Source of the DNA: a virus
DNA length: 64,000 bases
Virus record (IMG/VR): IMGVR_UViG_3300046507_000113
Location: 4,965 to 68,964 of that record
Direction: 5' to 3' (one strand)
In this document: piece by piece, positions 9,898 to 18,147 of the stretch
Layout of the letters: every line of letters starts with the position of its first letter
Numbering within the stretch: the first letter of the stretch is position 1
Notes under the pieces: model-generated
Seen by the model: only the letters and a program-made list of their open reading frames with translations
Told to the model about the DNA's origin: nothing
The model's database searches: none
Position numbers and translations under genes: made by a program

Positions 9898-10167
9898 ATG
9901 CAGATGAAGCTTGTAGAACTCGCAGTCGTAATTCCTGGCCGTGTGGGTACTGGTCATCCAGGAAGGCAGGTTGCAACCGTATCTGAACGTGTACCGGAAG
10001 ACTGGTCCGTTCCTCAGACTATCAGCCATGTTCGCAAGGAATGGGGTGACGACGCCGAAGGTGTCCTTTTCCTCAAGCCTGAATCCTTTCAGGAGTCCGT
10101 CGAAGAATGGCTCATCAAGAAGGCTGAAAAGGCCGATGCTACCATCACAAGCGTAGCGGCTGAATGA
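9898..10167 (+). CDS. Hypothetical protein
   Basis: AAGGGG SD; 89 aa. Confidence 0.7.
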   Translation: MQMKLVELAVVIPGRVGTGHPGRQVATVSERVPEDWSVPQTISHVRKEWGDDAEGVLFLKPESFQESVEEWLIKKAEKADATITSVAAE

Positions 10168-10358
10168 TGGAAAAGTGGAAATATGATAGGTGCGACGATG
10201 GCACTTGGATGGTTTGCACTGACGGCGATGTGATCCTTACTATTGACAAGCATCAGGACGATGCAACTGCCAGTATGATTTGTGAGTGGATCGTGGAACA
10301 TCACAATATCCAAGTCAAAGTTTGTGAGAGATTCCAAGAGTTGGGGTTTCTCAAGTAA
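10164..10358 (+). CDS. Hypothetical protein
   Basis: ATGA-coupled; ends before a terminator. Confidence 0.6.
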   Translation: MMEKWKYDRCDDGTWMVCTDGDVILTIDKHQDDATASMICEWIVEHHNIQVKVCERFQELGFLK

Positions 10359-10377
10359 TACCGTAGTTCCTCCCCGA

Positions 10378-10419
10378 AGGGCTCTCTAGTTGTCTTAGGA
10401 CTTCTAGGGGGCCTTTTTT
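10378..10419 (+). terminator. Rho-independent terminator
   Basis: GGCTCTCTAG...CTAGGGGGCC plus TTTTTT. Confidence 0.75.
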
Positions 10420-10497
10420 GTGTCTAAGTGCAAGCATACCGAAAGCATTCTGGTATGGAGGAAAGCCGTCATGAATTAAGTTAGATCCGGAATTCAG

Positions 10498-10567
10498 GGT
10501 GTGAGCCCCTTAGTCGTCCGTTATCTTTGGGTGATAAAAATGGATGACAAACTCTCTTGTTCACACC
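10498..10567 (+). ncRNA. Y-RNA-like element 1 (short; apical loop UUUGGGU)
   Basis: Closing stem GGTGTGA/TCACACC; shared GAGCCC...GTTATC...CTTGTTCA; inner stem GTCGTCCG/TGGATGAC; hairpin TTATC-TTTGGGT-GATAA. Confidence 0.75.
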
Positions 10568-10584
10568 TCCCTTTAACGTAATAA

Positions 10585-10649
10585 CACTTGAGCCCCTGCC
10601 ATTGGGTTATCGGCTAAAATATATCCCATAGCACAACCTTGTTCAAGTG
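10585..10649 (+). ncRNA. Y-RNA-like element 2 (short)
   Basis: Closing stem CACTTGA/TCAAGTG; GAGCCC...GGTTATC...CCTTGTTCA; directly upstream of the Ro60 SD. Confidence 0.75.
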
Positions 10650-10669
10650 ACCTAATCTCACAGAAGGAA

Positions 10670-12232
10670 ATGGAAATGAGCCGCAATAATTATGCTTCAC
10701 TTGCTCGTGCCACACAGACGGACAAGGCTAAGGAAAATCAAGTCAAGAACAATGCAGGGGGCTATGTCTTCAAGCTCACCCCCATGAAACAGCTTGAGCG
10801 TTTCCTTATTCTTGGTTCTGATAGTAACACCTATTATCAGACTGCCCGTAAGCTCACCCGTGAGAATGCCCAAGTGGTCATTGCATGTTGGGCAGAGCAT
10901 CCACAAGAGACGCTTGATCTTATTGTTGAGATCTCTGACAAGGGCCGTGCCCCTAAGAACGATCCTGCTATCTTTGCGATGGCATTGGGTACGATGGCAG
11001 AAGACGTCAAGACAAGACAGTTGGTATATGCCAATCTCTATAGGGTGTGCCGTACCTCTACTCATTTGTTTATGTTTGTTGATAACTGCATGAGCTTGGA
11101 TAAGGGGTTTGGGCGGGGCCTCAAGAGGACCATTGCCAAGTTCTATGAGGAGAAGGACCTGAATGCTCTTGCTTTGCAGCTTGTCAAGTACAGGCAGCGC
11201 GAGGGATTCACCCATAATCGTCTCATTGATCTTTCTCACCCTAAGATGCGTGCTAACAGTAAGCACAACCTCATCCGTTGGGTTATCGGCAAGGACTTCG
11301 ATCCTGATGGCCTTCCTGAATTGGTTGATGGATTTATCAAGATCCAAGAGACACCTACTCTCAAGGTTCTCAAGGGTTATCCCATGCTACCTTGGGAAGC
11401 TTTGCCTACTGAGATGCTGAATGATCCCAATGTGTGGAAGCATCTTCTGCCCAATATGGGTATCACTGCCTTACTACGAAACCTGGGGAAGATGTCTGCC
11501 CTTGGTATCCTCAAGCCTCTCAGTGAATGGGAGGAGTTTGTTGTCCAGAAGTTCAAGGACAAAGCAGTAATAAGGCAGTCCCGACTGCATCCATTCAATA
11601 TCATGGTGGCTATGAAGACCTATTCTGCAGGTCATGGCTTCCGTGGTTCCAATACATGGCCGGTGAACAATCGGATTGTGAGTGCACTTGAGTATGCCTT
11701 CTATGCTGCATTCGATAACGTGGAACCCTCTGGTAAGCGTACACTCATTGGCCTTGATGTTTCTGGTTCTATGTCTTCAAAGATCTTGAACACGAATGTC
11801 TCATGCCGTGAGGCTGCCGGTGCGATGGCTATGGTCACATTCCAGAAGGAAGAACGGGCCTATTGTCATGGCTTCACGAACGTTTTCGTTGACCTTGGTA
11901 TTACTCCCCGTGATACTCTTGAAGAGGTTCAGAGGAAGATTTACAGAAGCAACTTCAGTAGCACCAATTGTTCGCTACCAATGGACTATGCAATGAGAGA
12001 GGGGCTGAATGTTGATCAGTTCGTTGTCTACACTGACAATGAGACGTATGCTGGTCGTACTCACCCCTTCCAAGCATTGAAGGATTACAGAAAGAAATCT
12101 GGCATTGATGCCAAGTTGGTTGTGGTCGGCATGACTTCCACCGGCTTCTCAATTGCTGATCCTTCTGATCCAGGTATGCTTGATGTGGTTGGCTTTGACA
12201 CGGCAGCACCTGCCCTAATCTCCAACTTCTAA
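10670..12232 (+). CDS. rsr: Ro60/Rsr TROVE-domain RNA-binding protein with C-terminal vWA domain
   Basis: NNAGGYVF, LERFLILG, KYRQREG, PWEALP, MGITALLRNLGKM, SRLHPF, MIDAS DVSGSM, YTDNET and GMLDVVGFD are characteristic Ro60 motifs. Confidence 0.95.
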   Translation: MEMSRNNYASLARATQTDKAKENQVKNNAGGYVFKLTPMKQLERFLILGSDSNTYYQTARKLTRENAQVVIACWAEHPQETLDLIVEISDKGRAPKNDPAIFAMALGTMAEDVKTRQLVYANLYRVCRTSTHLFMFVDNCMSLDKGFGRGLKRTIAKFYEEKDLNALALQLVKYRQREGFTHNRLIDLSHPKMRANSKHNLIRWVIGKDFDPDGLPELVDGFIKIQETPTLKVLKGYPMLPWEALPTEMLNDPNVWKHLLPNMGITALLRNLGKMSALGILKPLSEWEEFVVQKFKDKAVIRQSRLHPFNIMVAMKTYSAGHGFRGSNTWPVNNRIVSALEYAFYAAFDNVEPSGKRTLIGLDVSGSMSSKILNTNVSCREAAGAMAMVTFQKEERAYCHGFTNVFVDLGITPRDTLEEVQRKIYRSNFSSTNCSLPMDYAMREGLNVDQFVVYTDNETYAGRTHPFQALKDYRKKSGIDAKLVVVGMTSTGFSIADPSDPGMLDVVGFDTAAPALISNF

Positions 12233-12238
12233 TATAGT

Positions 12239-12304
12239 GGATGAGCCCAAGGTTTTAGGTTATCACTTTTAATGATCCTCCCTATTACCGTCCCTTGTTC
12301 ATCC
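12239..12304 (+). ncRNA. Y-RNA-like element 3 (short; apical loop CUUUUAA)
   Basis: GGATGA/TCATCC stem; GAGCCC...GGTTATC...CCTTGTTCA; hairpin ATCA-CTTTTAA-TGAT. Confidence 0.8.
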
Positions 12305-12314
12305 TCCTGAAATA

Positions 12315-12389
12315 CGAAGTGAGCCCAATATAACCGGTTATCTTTCCTGAAAATAGAGCAAACCCGGTTGTAACTCCTTGTTCACTTCG
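12315..12389 (+). ncRNA. Y-RNA-like element 4 (short; apical loop CUGAAAA)
   Basis: CGAAGTGA/TCACTTCG stem; TATAACCGG/CCGGTTGTA inner stem; same conserved motifs. Confidence 0.8.
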
Positions 12390-12397
12390 CAGCATTG

Positions 12398-12536
12398 GGT
12401 ACGAGCCCAATGAAATTCGGTTATCTTTTTGGGAAAGCGTAATCTAGGTTCGAATCCTAGTCCCCCGCCCATTTATGTGGGGGATCGTCTAATGGTAGGA
12501 CACGAAAACGTCGAGTTTCAAATCCTTGTTCGTACT
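12398..12536 (+). ncRNA. yrlA: YrlA-type Y RNA with circularly permuted tRNA-like domain (element 5)
   Basis: Ro-binding stem GTACGAGCCC...CTTGTTCGTAC enclosing, in order, T-arm CTAGG-TTCGAAT-CCTAG, loop-closed acceptor TCCCCCGC/GTGGGGGA and D-arm GTCT-AATGGTA-GGAC. Confidence 0.85.
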
Positions 12537-12546
12537 ACTGTAATTA

Positions 12547-12679
12547 CTGATGAGCCCATGCTTATCGTTTATCCCCAGCGTGTTATAGGTTCGAGTCCTA
12601 TCAAGCCAACATAGCGGTCTTGTAGCTCAATTGGTAGAGCATCCGGCAAAAACAACGATTAGCGATCCTAGTTCATCAG
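12547..12679 (+). ncRNA. yrlA: Second YrlA-type Y RNA (element 6)
   Basis: CTGATGAGCCC...CTAGTTCATCAG enclosing T-arm ATAGG-TTCGAGT-CCTAT, imperfect acceptor CAAGCC/GGTCTTG and D-arm GCTC-AATTGGTA-GAGC. Confidence 0.8.
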
Positions 12680-12714
12680 ACCTATCATCCATCACAACCT
12701 CAAAGGGGTATGAA

Positions 12715-13104
12715 ATGAAGAAGGCATTCCTTTCTCTCGCGCTTGTGTCTGTTGCTGTACTTGCAGCATGTACTGATGCTGATATCGCCTCAAGCAATCT
12801 GTCCCAAGCGGCAGATAACTTTCAGGTCAATCGTCGTATCGTTGCCATCAACGGTATCACTGACAACTACCTCCTTGAGGTTGAGGGTCTTTGCTCTCTC
12901 GGCAATCAGGACAAGGCACGAGAGGTGTCTATCACCTGCAAGACTGGTCCGGGTCTATTCAAGAAGTTCTTTGTCGGACTGTCTGACAATGTGACCTATG
13001 TGGTTGAACAACTCGAACCCATGCCGGTGAACACCTATCGCTATAAGGTGACATTCAAACCGTCTGTCATCATTCCTGATGTTGATGTGAAGCTGGGGTT
13101 CTGA
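12715..13104 (+). CDS. Phage lipoprotein
   Basis: Likely start MKKAFLSLALVSVAVLAAC (lipobox) after AAGGGG SD. Confidence 0.8.
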   Translation: MKKAFLSLALVSVAVLAACTDADIASSNLSQAADNFQVNRRIVAINGITDNYLLEVEGLCSLGNQDKAREVSITCKTGPGLFKKFFVGLSDNVTYVVEQLEPMPVNTYRYKVTFKPSVIIPDVDVKLGF

Positions 13105-13107
13105 TCC

Positions 13108-13428
13108 ATGAAGACCTACATTGAAATTGCTTTGGGTGTGATCCTCACAACAATTGTGACAGCACTGCTGGTACTCGTGACTGTGGTTCCTCTGCTCATA
13201 TGGCAGGGTATCGTCTTCTTCATTATGTGGGGATGGTTCATTGTTCCCTTGGGACTTCCTGTCCTCACAGCAGGCCAATGCGTCGGCGTCTTGTTGTGCA
13301 AGGCTGTGGTGTTCCTGAACCAAGGATCAAACGAAGATATCGGCATATGGAGGAGGATTGTAAAAGGTCTTATATCTCCTCTTATCATCCTTTCTGTTGC
13401 TGCTATCTTCCACTTCTTCATCATCTGA
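13108..13428 (+). CDS. Multi-pass membrane protein
   Basis: Several hydrophobic helices; coupled position in the operon. Confidence 0.7.
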   Translation: MKTYIEIALGVILTTIVTALLVLVTVVPLLIWQGIVFFIMWGWFIVPLGLPVLTAGQCVGVLLCKAVVFLNQGSNEDIGIWRRIVKGLISPLIILSVAAIFHFFII

Positions 13429-13435
13429 GGGTGAC

Positions 13436-14119
13436 ATGAAACAAACAGCGACCATATATGGAAAGCCCCCAAAGGATCTTGGTTTTGTAGACTTGTCTCC
13501 CAAAGAGATGATGTTCTGGCTGTATCTGCCCGTCAAGATCCCCAATAGTAGCAAGTTGTCGGTTCCACCGAACTTGTTGCAGTTCCATCCGATCATATCG
13601 TTGTCGTGCATTAATGCTGTACGTAACTACGGTCATGACTACTTGGATGACAAGTATGTGTATATCTCCGCAAAGGTGATGCACATCTCTCCAGGTAATC
13701 CGGGTAATCGTCCGGGCTGGCATTCGGATGGCTTCTTGTCCGAAGATCTGAATTACATATGGGCTGATTGTAGTCCTACGTACTTCTGGGAACCGAGACA
13801 CGCTATCTGCCTTCCGGAGGATCATATCGAGTCCATCAAGGTCATGGAGGATGTTTGCGAAAGCACTCCTGAATTCATCAAGACCTATCCGGATAAGCAC
13901 CTGCTTAGGTTGGACCAAACAGTCCTTCATAGGGTAGGTGATGTCAGGAAACCGATGGTTCGTTCCTTCGTCAAGATTTCCATTTCGAAAGATAAGTATG
14001 ATCTGGTGGGTAACTCCATCAATCATGATCTCAATCTGAATTGGAAATACTACGAGCGCTCCCAGATCAGAAATCATCCGCATAAAGCTGGCGGTGATAC
14101 CTCTGGCATGATGCAATAA
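13436..14119 (+). CDS. Putative 2OG-Fe(II) oxygenase-fold protein
   Basis: RPGWHSDG (HxD), distal VLHR His and RSFVKIS Arg; GAGGG SD before ATG 13436. Confidence 0.6.
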   Translation: MKQTATIYGKPPKDLGFVDLSPKEMMFWLYLPVKIPNSSKLSVPPNLLQFHPIISLSCINAVRNYGHDYLDDKYVYISAKVMHISPGNPGNRPGWHSDGFLSEDLNYIWADCSPTYFWEPRHAICLPEDHIESIKVMEDVCESTPEFIKTYPDKHLLRLDQTVLHRVGDVRKPMVRSFVKISISKDKYDLVGNSINHDLNLNWKYYERSQIRNHPHKAGGDTSGMMQ

Positions 14120-14148
14120 CAGCTTTACAACATAAGGGTTGATGCGGA

Positions 14149-14367
14149 ATGACAAAATACACAAACGAACAGGGTTTCTTTGTCCGTAAGGGTGAACAGA
14201 TTGGTGGTGGTTTCTTCGTGTTCCGTCGTGGCACGATGGCCAATCGTATCAAACCCTCTGAGCGTCCCTTCGAGCATCCGAGTATGGAGAGCGCTATCGC
14301 TGAACGGGATCGTCTCAATGAGGCTAATCCCCATCTGAAATATGCAGTCTTTGCCGAGGTAAAGTAA
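14149..14367 (+). CDS. Hypothetical protein
   Basis: 72 aa; PFEHPSMESAIAERDRL helix. Confidence 0.7.
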   Translation: MTKYTNEQGFFVRKGEQIGGGFFVFRRGTMANRIKPSERPFEHPSMESAIAERDRLNEANPHLKYAVFAEVK

Positions 14368-14517
14368 CAAGCGAACGGAGGAGAGTATGCCAAAGTGTCC
14401 ATTTGATATTGCACTGATCATTGTAGTCTTTATAGGCGCGGTATTGGTTGCAAAGCAGTGCGGTAGGGCTGAGTTGGTGTACTCTCTTCCACCTGAACAA
14501 ACACAAGGGGTGGTGAA

Positions 14518-14724
14518 ATGAATTGGATGCTTATTGTAATGCTTTATTATGGCAGTCAATCGAATACTATTCAGGTTGGTCCATACGCCAATAGCGCTGA
14601 CTGCGAGAAGGCAGCTACTTTCTTCAATGAGAGGGTTGTGCTTCATGAATGTATCCCCATGCCTTACAATAGAGTATATAACGGATTTGATAGCACGAAG
14701 AAACTCCCAGAGGAATTTGACTAA
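14518..14724 (+). CDS. Small hypothetical, possibly exported protein
   Basis: WMLIVML...GPY...C...C pattern. Confidence 0.55.
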   Translation: MNWMLIVMLYYGSQSNTIQVGPYANSADCEKAATFFNERVVLHECIPMPYNRVYNGFDSTKKLPEEFD

Positions 14725-15074
14725 TGATTAATAAAGGCAAACCAGAATGCCTGCCAGGTATGACTGTGATCTGTATCAAGCGAGAGGGTATTAAGAATTA
14801 CACTGGCTTCAAGGCCATATCCTATCGTGAGACCTTGACAGTCCGTTCTGTCTTTTGGGGCGCTATCAATGGTACTCCTATGAAGTGTTTGAGGTTTGAG
14901 GGTATTGATTGTCCAGCAGGACCGAATGGTTTTGAATTGGGATACAATATGGCTCACTTTATTCCTTATGTGGATAAACCATTGCCTACCTCAATCACGA
15001 GACTACTTAATCGTTATGCTCCGATCCTTCCAATGGGTGGACACCTAGATGTCAAAGCCTCGAAGAGTGCATGA
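14724..15074 (+). CDS. Hypothetical protein
   Basis: TAATG-coupled; GAGG SD. Confidence 0.6.
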   Translation: MINKGKPECLPGMTVICIKREGIKNYTGFKAISYRETLTVRSVFWGAINGTPMKCLRFEGIDCPAGPNGFELGYNMAHFIPYVDKPLPTSITRLLNRYAPILPMGGHLDVKASKSA

Positions 15075-15176
15075 AATATTCAGGAAGACTATTCGTAACC
15101 CGAAACCTTCACCTCGATCCGAGCAGGATCGTACACAATGGGAATTGAAGAATGCTTTTCGTCTGTAAGATGAATA

Positions 15177-15560
15177 ATGGAGGGAACCGACATGCGTTTA
15201 GGCTCTAAGTATAAAACTTCTCAAGGTAGAATTTTCGAATGCGTGTTTAGGTCTCCTGAAGATGTGAATACCAAGGTAGCTATCTTGCGCTGGACGGATA
15301 CATACGGAAAGGTCTATGACCACTGTGCCTATCAGATGGAATGGAAGTATTTCGAAGAGTATGTAGAACCCCGTCGTGAGTTCTTCAATGCGTACAAATT
15401 CGACAAGGGAGAAACCTACTACAACGGACCCTTCATGGATAGGCACCAAGCTGATATTGACGATCGGAGCCATCAAGGTGTCCGATATGGTATCCTTGAG
15501 TTAATTCACCACTCGGATACCAAGGTCGAGAGCATTTTCCACTTGACAAAGAAAGAATGA
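15177..15560 (+). CDS. Hypothetical protein
   Basis: 127 aa; probable start at the second Met after GGAGG. Confidence 0.65.
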   Translation: MEGTDMRLGSKYKTSQGRIFECVFRSPEDVNTKVAILRWTDTYGKVYDHCAYQMEWKYFEEYVEPRREFFNAYKFDKGETYYNGPFMDRHQADIDDRSHQGVRYGILELIHHSDTKVESIFHLTKKE

Positions 15561-15801
15561 CTATGGATTACGTCGTTACATATCTCTTTGTAGGGTTTTT
15601 TGTTGCCTTGATTGGCTCTACTGTGCTTTTCATTCAGGGAAAAGATACTTCTTTGTCAGGATTTCTTCTTGACATTCTTCTTTGGCCTGTAGTCATCGGC
15701 TATTGGTGCTATTATGGGTGGCAGGATGATTGAGAAACTAATCTTGATCAGTGCCCTTGGTTTTCTAGGTTGGTATATTCTTTTTTGGAGTTAATAAGAT
15801 A

Positions 15802-16203
15802 ATGTTTGTCGCAGTTTATGGTACGCTTAAGCAGGGTTATGGTAACAATCGTCTCCTTGCTAATTCTACATTCGTTGGTGAGGGTACAGTAAGGGGCTAT
15901 AAGCTCTATCATGCTGGTTTCCCTGTCGCTTGTCCCGATGAGAATAGCACTATCTCTGTTGAACTGTGGGATATCGGTGACAGTAAGTCTACCTTGCAGT
16001 CTCTTGACTGGCTCGAAGGGTACGATGCAAACGAAAAAGACCCCGATCATAACAATATGTACAACCGCACTCCTGTCAAGGTGTTTACTGACAGTGGAAG
16101 TGTAGAAGCAAATATGTATGTCGGGGCCTCTGGATTTTGGAAAGATTTCGTCGGTATGAAGGAGTGTTCCATTGTACACGGAAGCTATAAATGGTCTAGG
16201 TGA
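15802..16203 (+). CDS. Gamma-glutamylcyclotransferase (AIG2/YtfP-like)
   Basis: FVAVYGTLKQGYGNN, LDWLEGY, YNR motifs. Confidence 0.9.
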   Translation: MFVAVYGTLKQGYGNNRLLANSTFVGEGTVRGYKLYHAGFPVACPDENSTISVELWDIGDSKSTLQSLDWLEGYDANEKDPDHNNMYNRTPVKVFTDSGSVEANMYVGASGFWKDFVGMKECSIVHGSYKWSR

Positions 16204-16456
16204 TGTTAAGGTAGGGGATACTATCTTTGTTCAAGACAGAGTTGACCCCCTAAAGATAAAGAGTTGGCAGTATCGGTATCTAGTTACTGAGGTAACCCCT
16301 AGTGGTATCGGTGTCTTATATAACTCCCTAGACGATCCCATTACAGCAGCTGGAACTATCGACAAAACAACCTTTGCTGTCCTACGTTGGGGTAGGGTAG
16401 TCGATGAACGTCCATATGATCCCTCACAGGAGCCTGATGCAGATGACGATGTTTAA
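16172..16456 (+). CDS. Small beta-rich protein with C-terminal tag (copy 1)
   Basis: TTG start with AAGGAG SD; VKVGDTIFV; ends RPYDPSQEPDADDDV. Confidence 0.8.
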   Translation: MYTEAINGLGDVKVGDTIFVQDRVDPLKIKSWQYRYLVTEVTPSGIGVLYNSLDDPITAAGTIDKTTFAVLRWGRVVDERPYDPSQEPDADDDV

Positions 16457-16643
16457 CAGAAAATTATATCTGAAAAGCATAGAAGCTACCAATAATGCAG
16501 ATGCTGTAGCTCAGAGTTCCATTGAGGGTCGTGCTCATCAGTGGAATAACTATCGTAGACTTATCCGTAATGGATACAGGAGTATTCATAGAGAGGTTAT
16601 GGAAACTAAGTACAACCCGTTGAAGGATGGAAAGAATGAATAA
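16449..16643 (+). CDS. Hypothetical protein
   Basis: ATG lies inside the tag-coding end of the previous gene. Confidence 0.55.
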   Translation: MFNRKLYLKSIEATNNADAVAQSSIEGRAHQWNNYRRLIRNGYRSIHREVMETKYNPLKDGKNE

Positions 16644-16992
16644 CCTATCTCTTATGCTTTACTTCGCAGATGTCGCAGAGAAGATTGCCAGTGCATTTAC
16701 TTTGATGACGTTGATATTCTTGTTTGCATCAATTGTGGGAACTATTATAGTCGTATCCACAAGAATAGAGTACTACGGAAAGCCCGCTCCAATGTGGATG
16801 GTTATTGTTCCGATTTTATTCCTATTCCTCTCCACACCCGGAGCGGTCCTCATTCCCTCTAAGAATACGATCTATTTGATCGCAGGATCGGAGATTGGTG
16901 AACAGGTGGTGAAGTCTCCCGAGGCACAGCAGATGTTCTCGGACATTCGGGAAGTCATCCAGCAGCAAATCAAAGAACTCAAGAAGGAATGA
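16636..16992 (+). CDS. Membrane protein
   Basis: Two TM helices, then LIPSKNTIYLIAGSE. Confidence 0.7.
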   Translation: MNNLSLMLYFADVAEKIASAFTLMTLIFLFASIVGTIIVVSTRIEYYGKPAPMWMVIVPILFLFLSTPGAVLIPSKNTIYLIAGSEIGEQVVKSPEAQQMFSDIREVIQQQIKELKKE

Positions 16993-16997
16993 TCGGT

Positions 16998-17153
16998 ATG
17001 GTTAAATACCGTATTCGTCCCTATTGGGGTATGTACGACTACAAGTTGGAACGAAAGTGTTTGTTCTTCTGGCGTACAGTCGGTAAGAGCGATTGCTACT
17101 ATGAACTCAAAGACCGTGTAGAAACCGTTGGTGGTTTCTTGGTGGAGGAATAA
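16998..17153 (+). CDS. Small protein, xKYRI family copy 1
   Basis: MVKYRIRPYWGMYDYKLERKCLFFWRTV...; 51 aa, below the ORF track cutoff. Confidence 0.6.
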   Translation: MVKYRIRPYWGMYDYKLERKCLFFWRTVGKSDCYYELKDRVETVGGFLVEE

Positions 17154-17155
17154 CG

Positions 17156-17434
17156 ATGGATAAGTACCGTATTGTACCCCATAAGATGGGACGCTGGGAA
17201 GTTCAGAAAGAATACAAGAGGTATGAAGGCCGATGGATGAGGTACGGTTTTCTGTATCTCAAGAAAAGATGGGTCGAGGATACTGAACCTTCTTACATTG
17301 GCTGGTCCACCATGTATGTAAATGATACTTGGGCTGTCTTTGACACCAAGAACGAAGCCTATGAGTGTATCAACAAGCTGAGGAGAGATGTGGCTCATAT
17401 GGAGACACCTCCAGAGGAGTATCCCCGTGGGTAA
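17156..17434 (+). CDS. Small protein, xKYRI family copy 2
   Basis: MDKYRIVPH...; GGAGG SD. Confidence 0.7.
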   Translation: MDKYRIVPHKMGRWEVQKEYKRYEGRWMRYGFLYLKKRWVEDTEPSYIGWSTMYVNDTWAVFDTKNEAYECINKLRRDVAHMETPPEEYPRG

Positions 17435-17705
17435 GTATCGTATTGTTACTACTTTCAGAAGGTCTCTTCATGGATCTCGTACTCAGTTCTATCTCTACTA
17501 TATTGTAGAGTTCAAGAAGTCTTGGTTCTCCGGGTGGACGGTTCTGAATACTACGATGGCATCTGATGGCTTCGAGTCCTCCAAGAAGTTCATTGAGGAA
17601 CACAAGAAGCTCAACCAACGTACCGTCGTCTACGAGGACCCTCAACCGAAAACAGTCCTCTCGAATGATGACTTATTGTACGGATCACAGAGGGAACAAC
17701 GATGA
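17427..17705 (+). CDS. Small protein, xKYRI family copy 3
   Basis: GTG start after GAGGAG: MGKYRIVTT...KKSWFSGW. Confidence 0.65.
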   Translation: MGKYRIVTTFRRSLHGSRTQFYLYYIVEFKKSWFSGWTVLNTTMASDGFESSKKFIEEHKKLNQRTVVYEDPQPKTVLSNDDLLYGSQREQR

Positions 17706-17911
17706 TCTTAATTGCGTGGTTGTTAATCGGGTACTTCTCCGGGCTTTTCCTCTTGGCCTTGTATCTCTATGACACAGGAAATAGGGCAGAGCTAGGTGAG
17801 GTAATCATTGGCTGTTCTTTTGGTGCTCTAGGTGGACCTGTTACACTGGTATTTGCTGTTGTAATAGTCCTTCCACAAGTCATCGTGAGAAACTGGAACA
17901 GGAAATTATAA
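17702..17911 (+). CDS. Small membrane protein
   Basis: Two hydrophobic helices; coupled. Confidence 0.6.
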   Translation: MILIAWLLIGYFSGLFLLALYLYDTGNRAELGEVIIGCSFGALGGPVTLVFAVVIVLPQVIVRNWNRKL

Positions 17912-18147
17912 TGGGACAGTTCGAAAAGAAAATCTTCACCAATCTCTATTGGAACACAAACAAGAAAGACTTGGTGATCATTGGTCAATATGGGACTGAG
18001 GCAAGGGCTATAGAGAAGATTAAGGATCCTGTCGCAGAGCCTACATTCATCTATCAGGACACCATTGGGGCCACCGTACTCTTTGAATACAACAAAGAGA
18101 TTGTGACAACACAGAAAAAGGAAGAGGAAAATGTTCCGGAAAGTTAA
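17911..18147 (+). CDS. Hypothetical protein
   Basis: TAATG-coupled. Confidence 0.6.
   Translation: MGQFEKKIFTNLYWNTNKKDLVIIGQYGTEARAIEKIKDPVAEPTFIYQDTIGATVLFEYNKEIVTTQKKEEENVPES

Noticed and set aside
10606-10625. Anticodon loop in Y-like element 2 (CGGCUAA, Ser-like)
   Set aside because: No U33 and a poor stem; not counted.
12440-12645. Canonical tRNA genes
   Set aside because: T-arms precede D-arms within each element, and the 5' half of element 5 cannot pair with the 3' half of element 6.
10498-12679. CRISPR array reading of the GAGCCC/CTTGTTC repeats
   Set aside because: Conserved words are short, enclose self-complementary interiors, have irregular spacing, and no cas genes are present.
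12429-12714. ORF 12429..12614 and the 5' extension of ORF 12631
   Set aside because: They overlap the structured Y-like RNAs and lack an SD; the lipoprotein starts at 12715.
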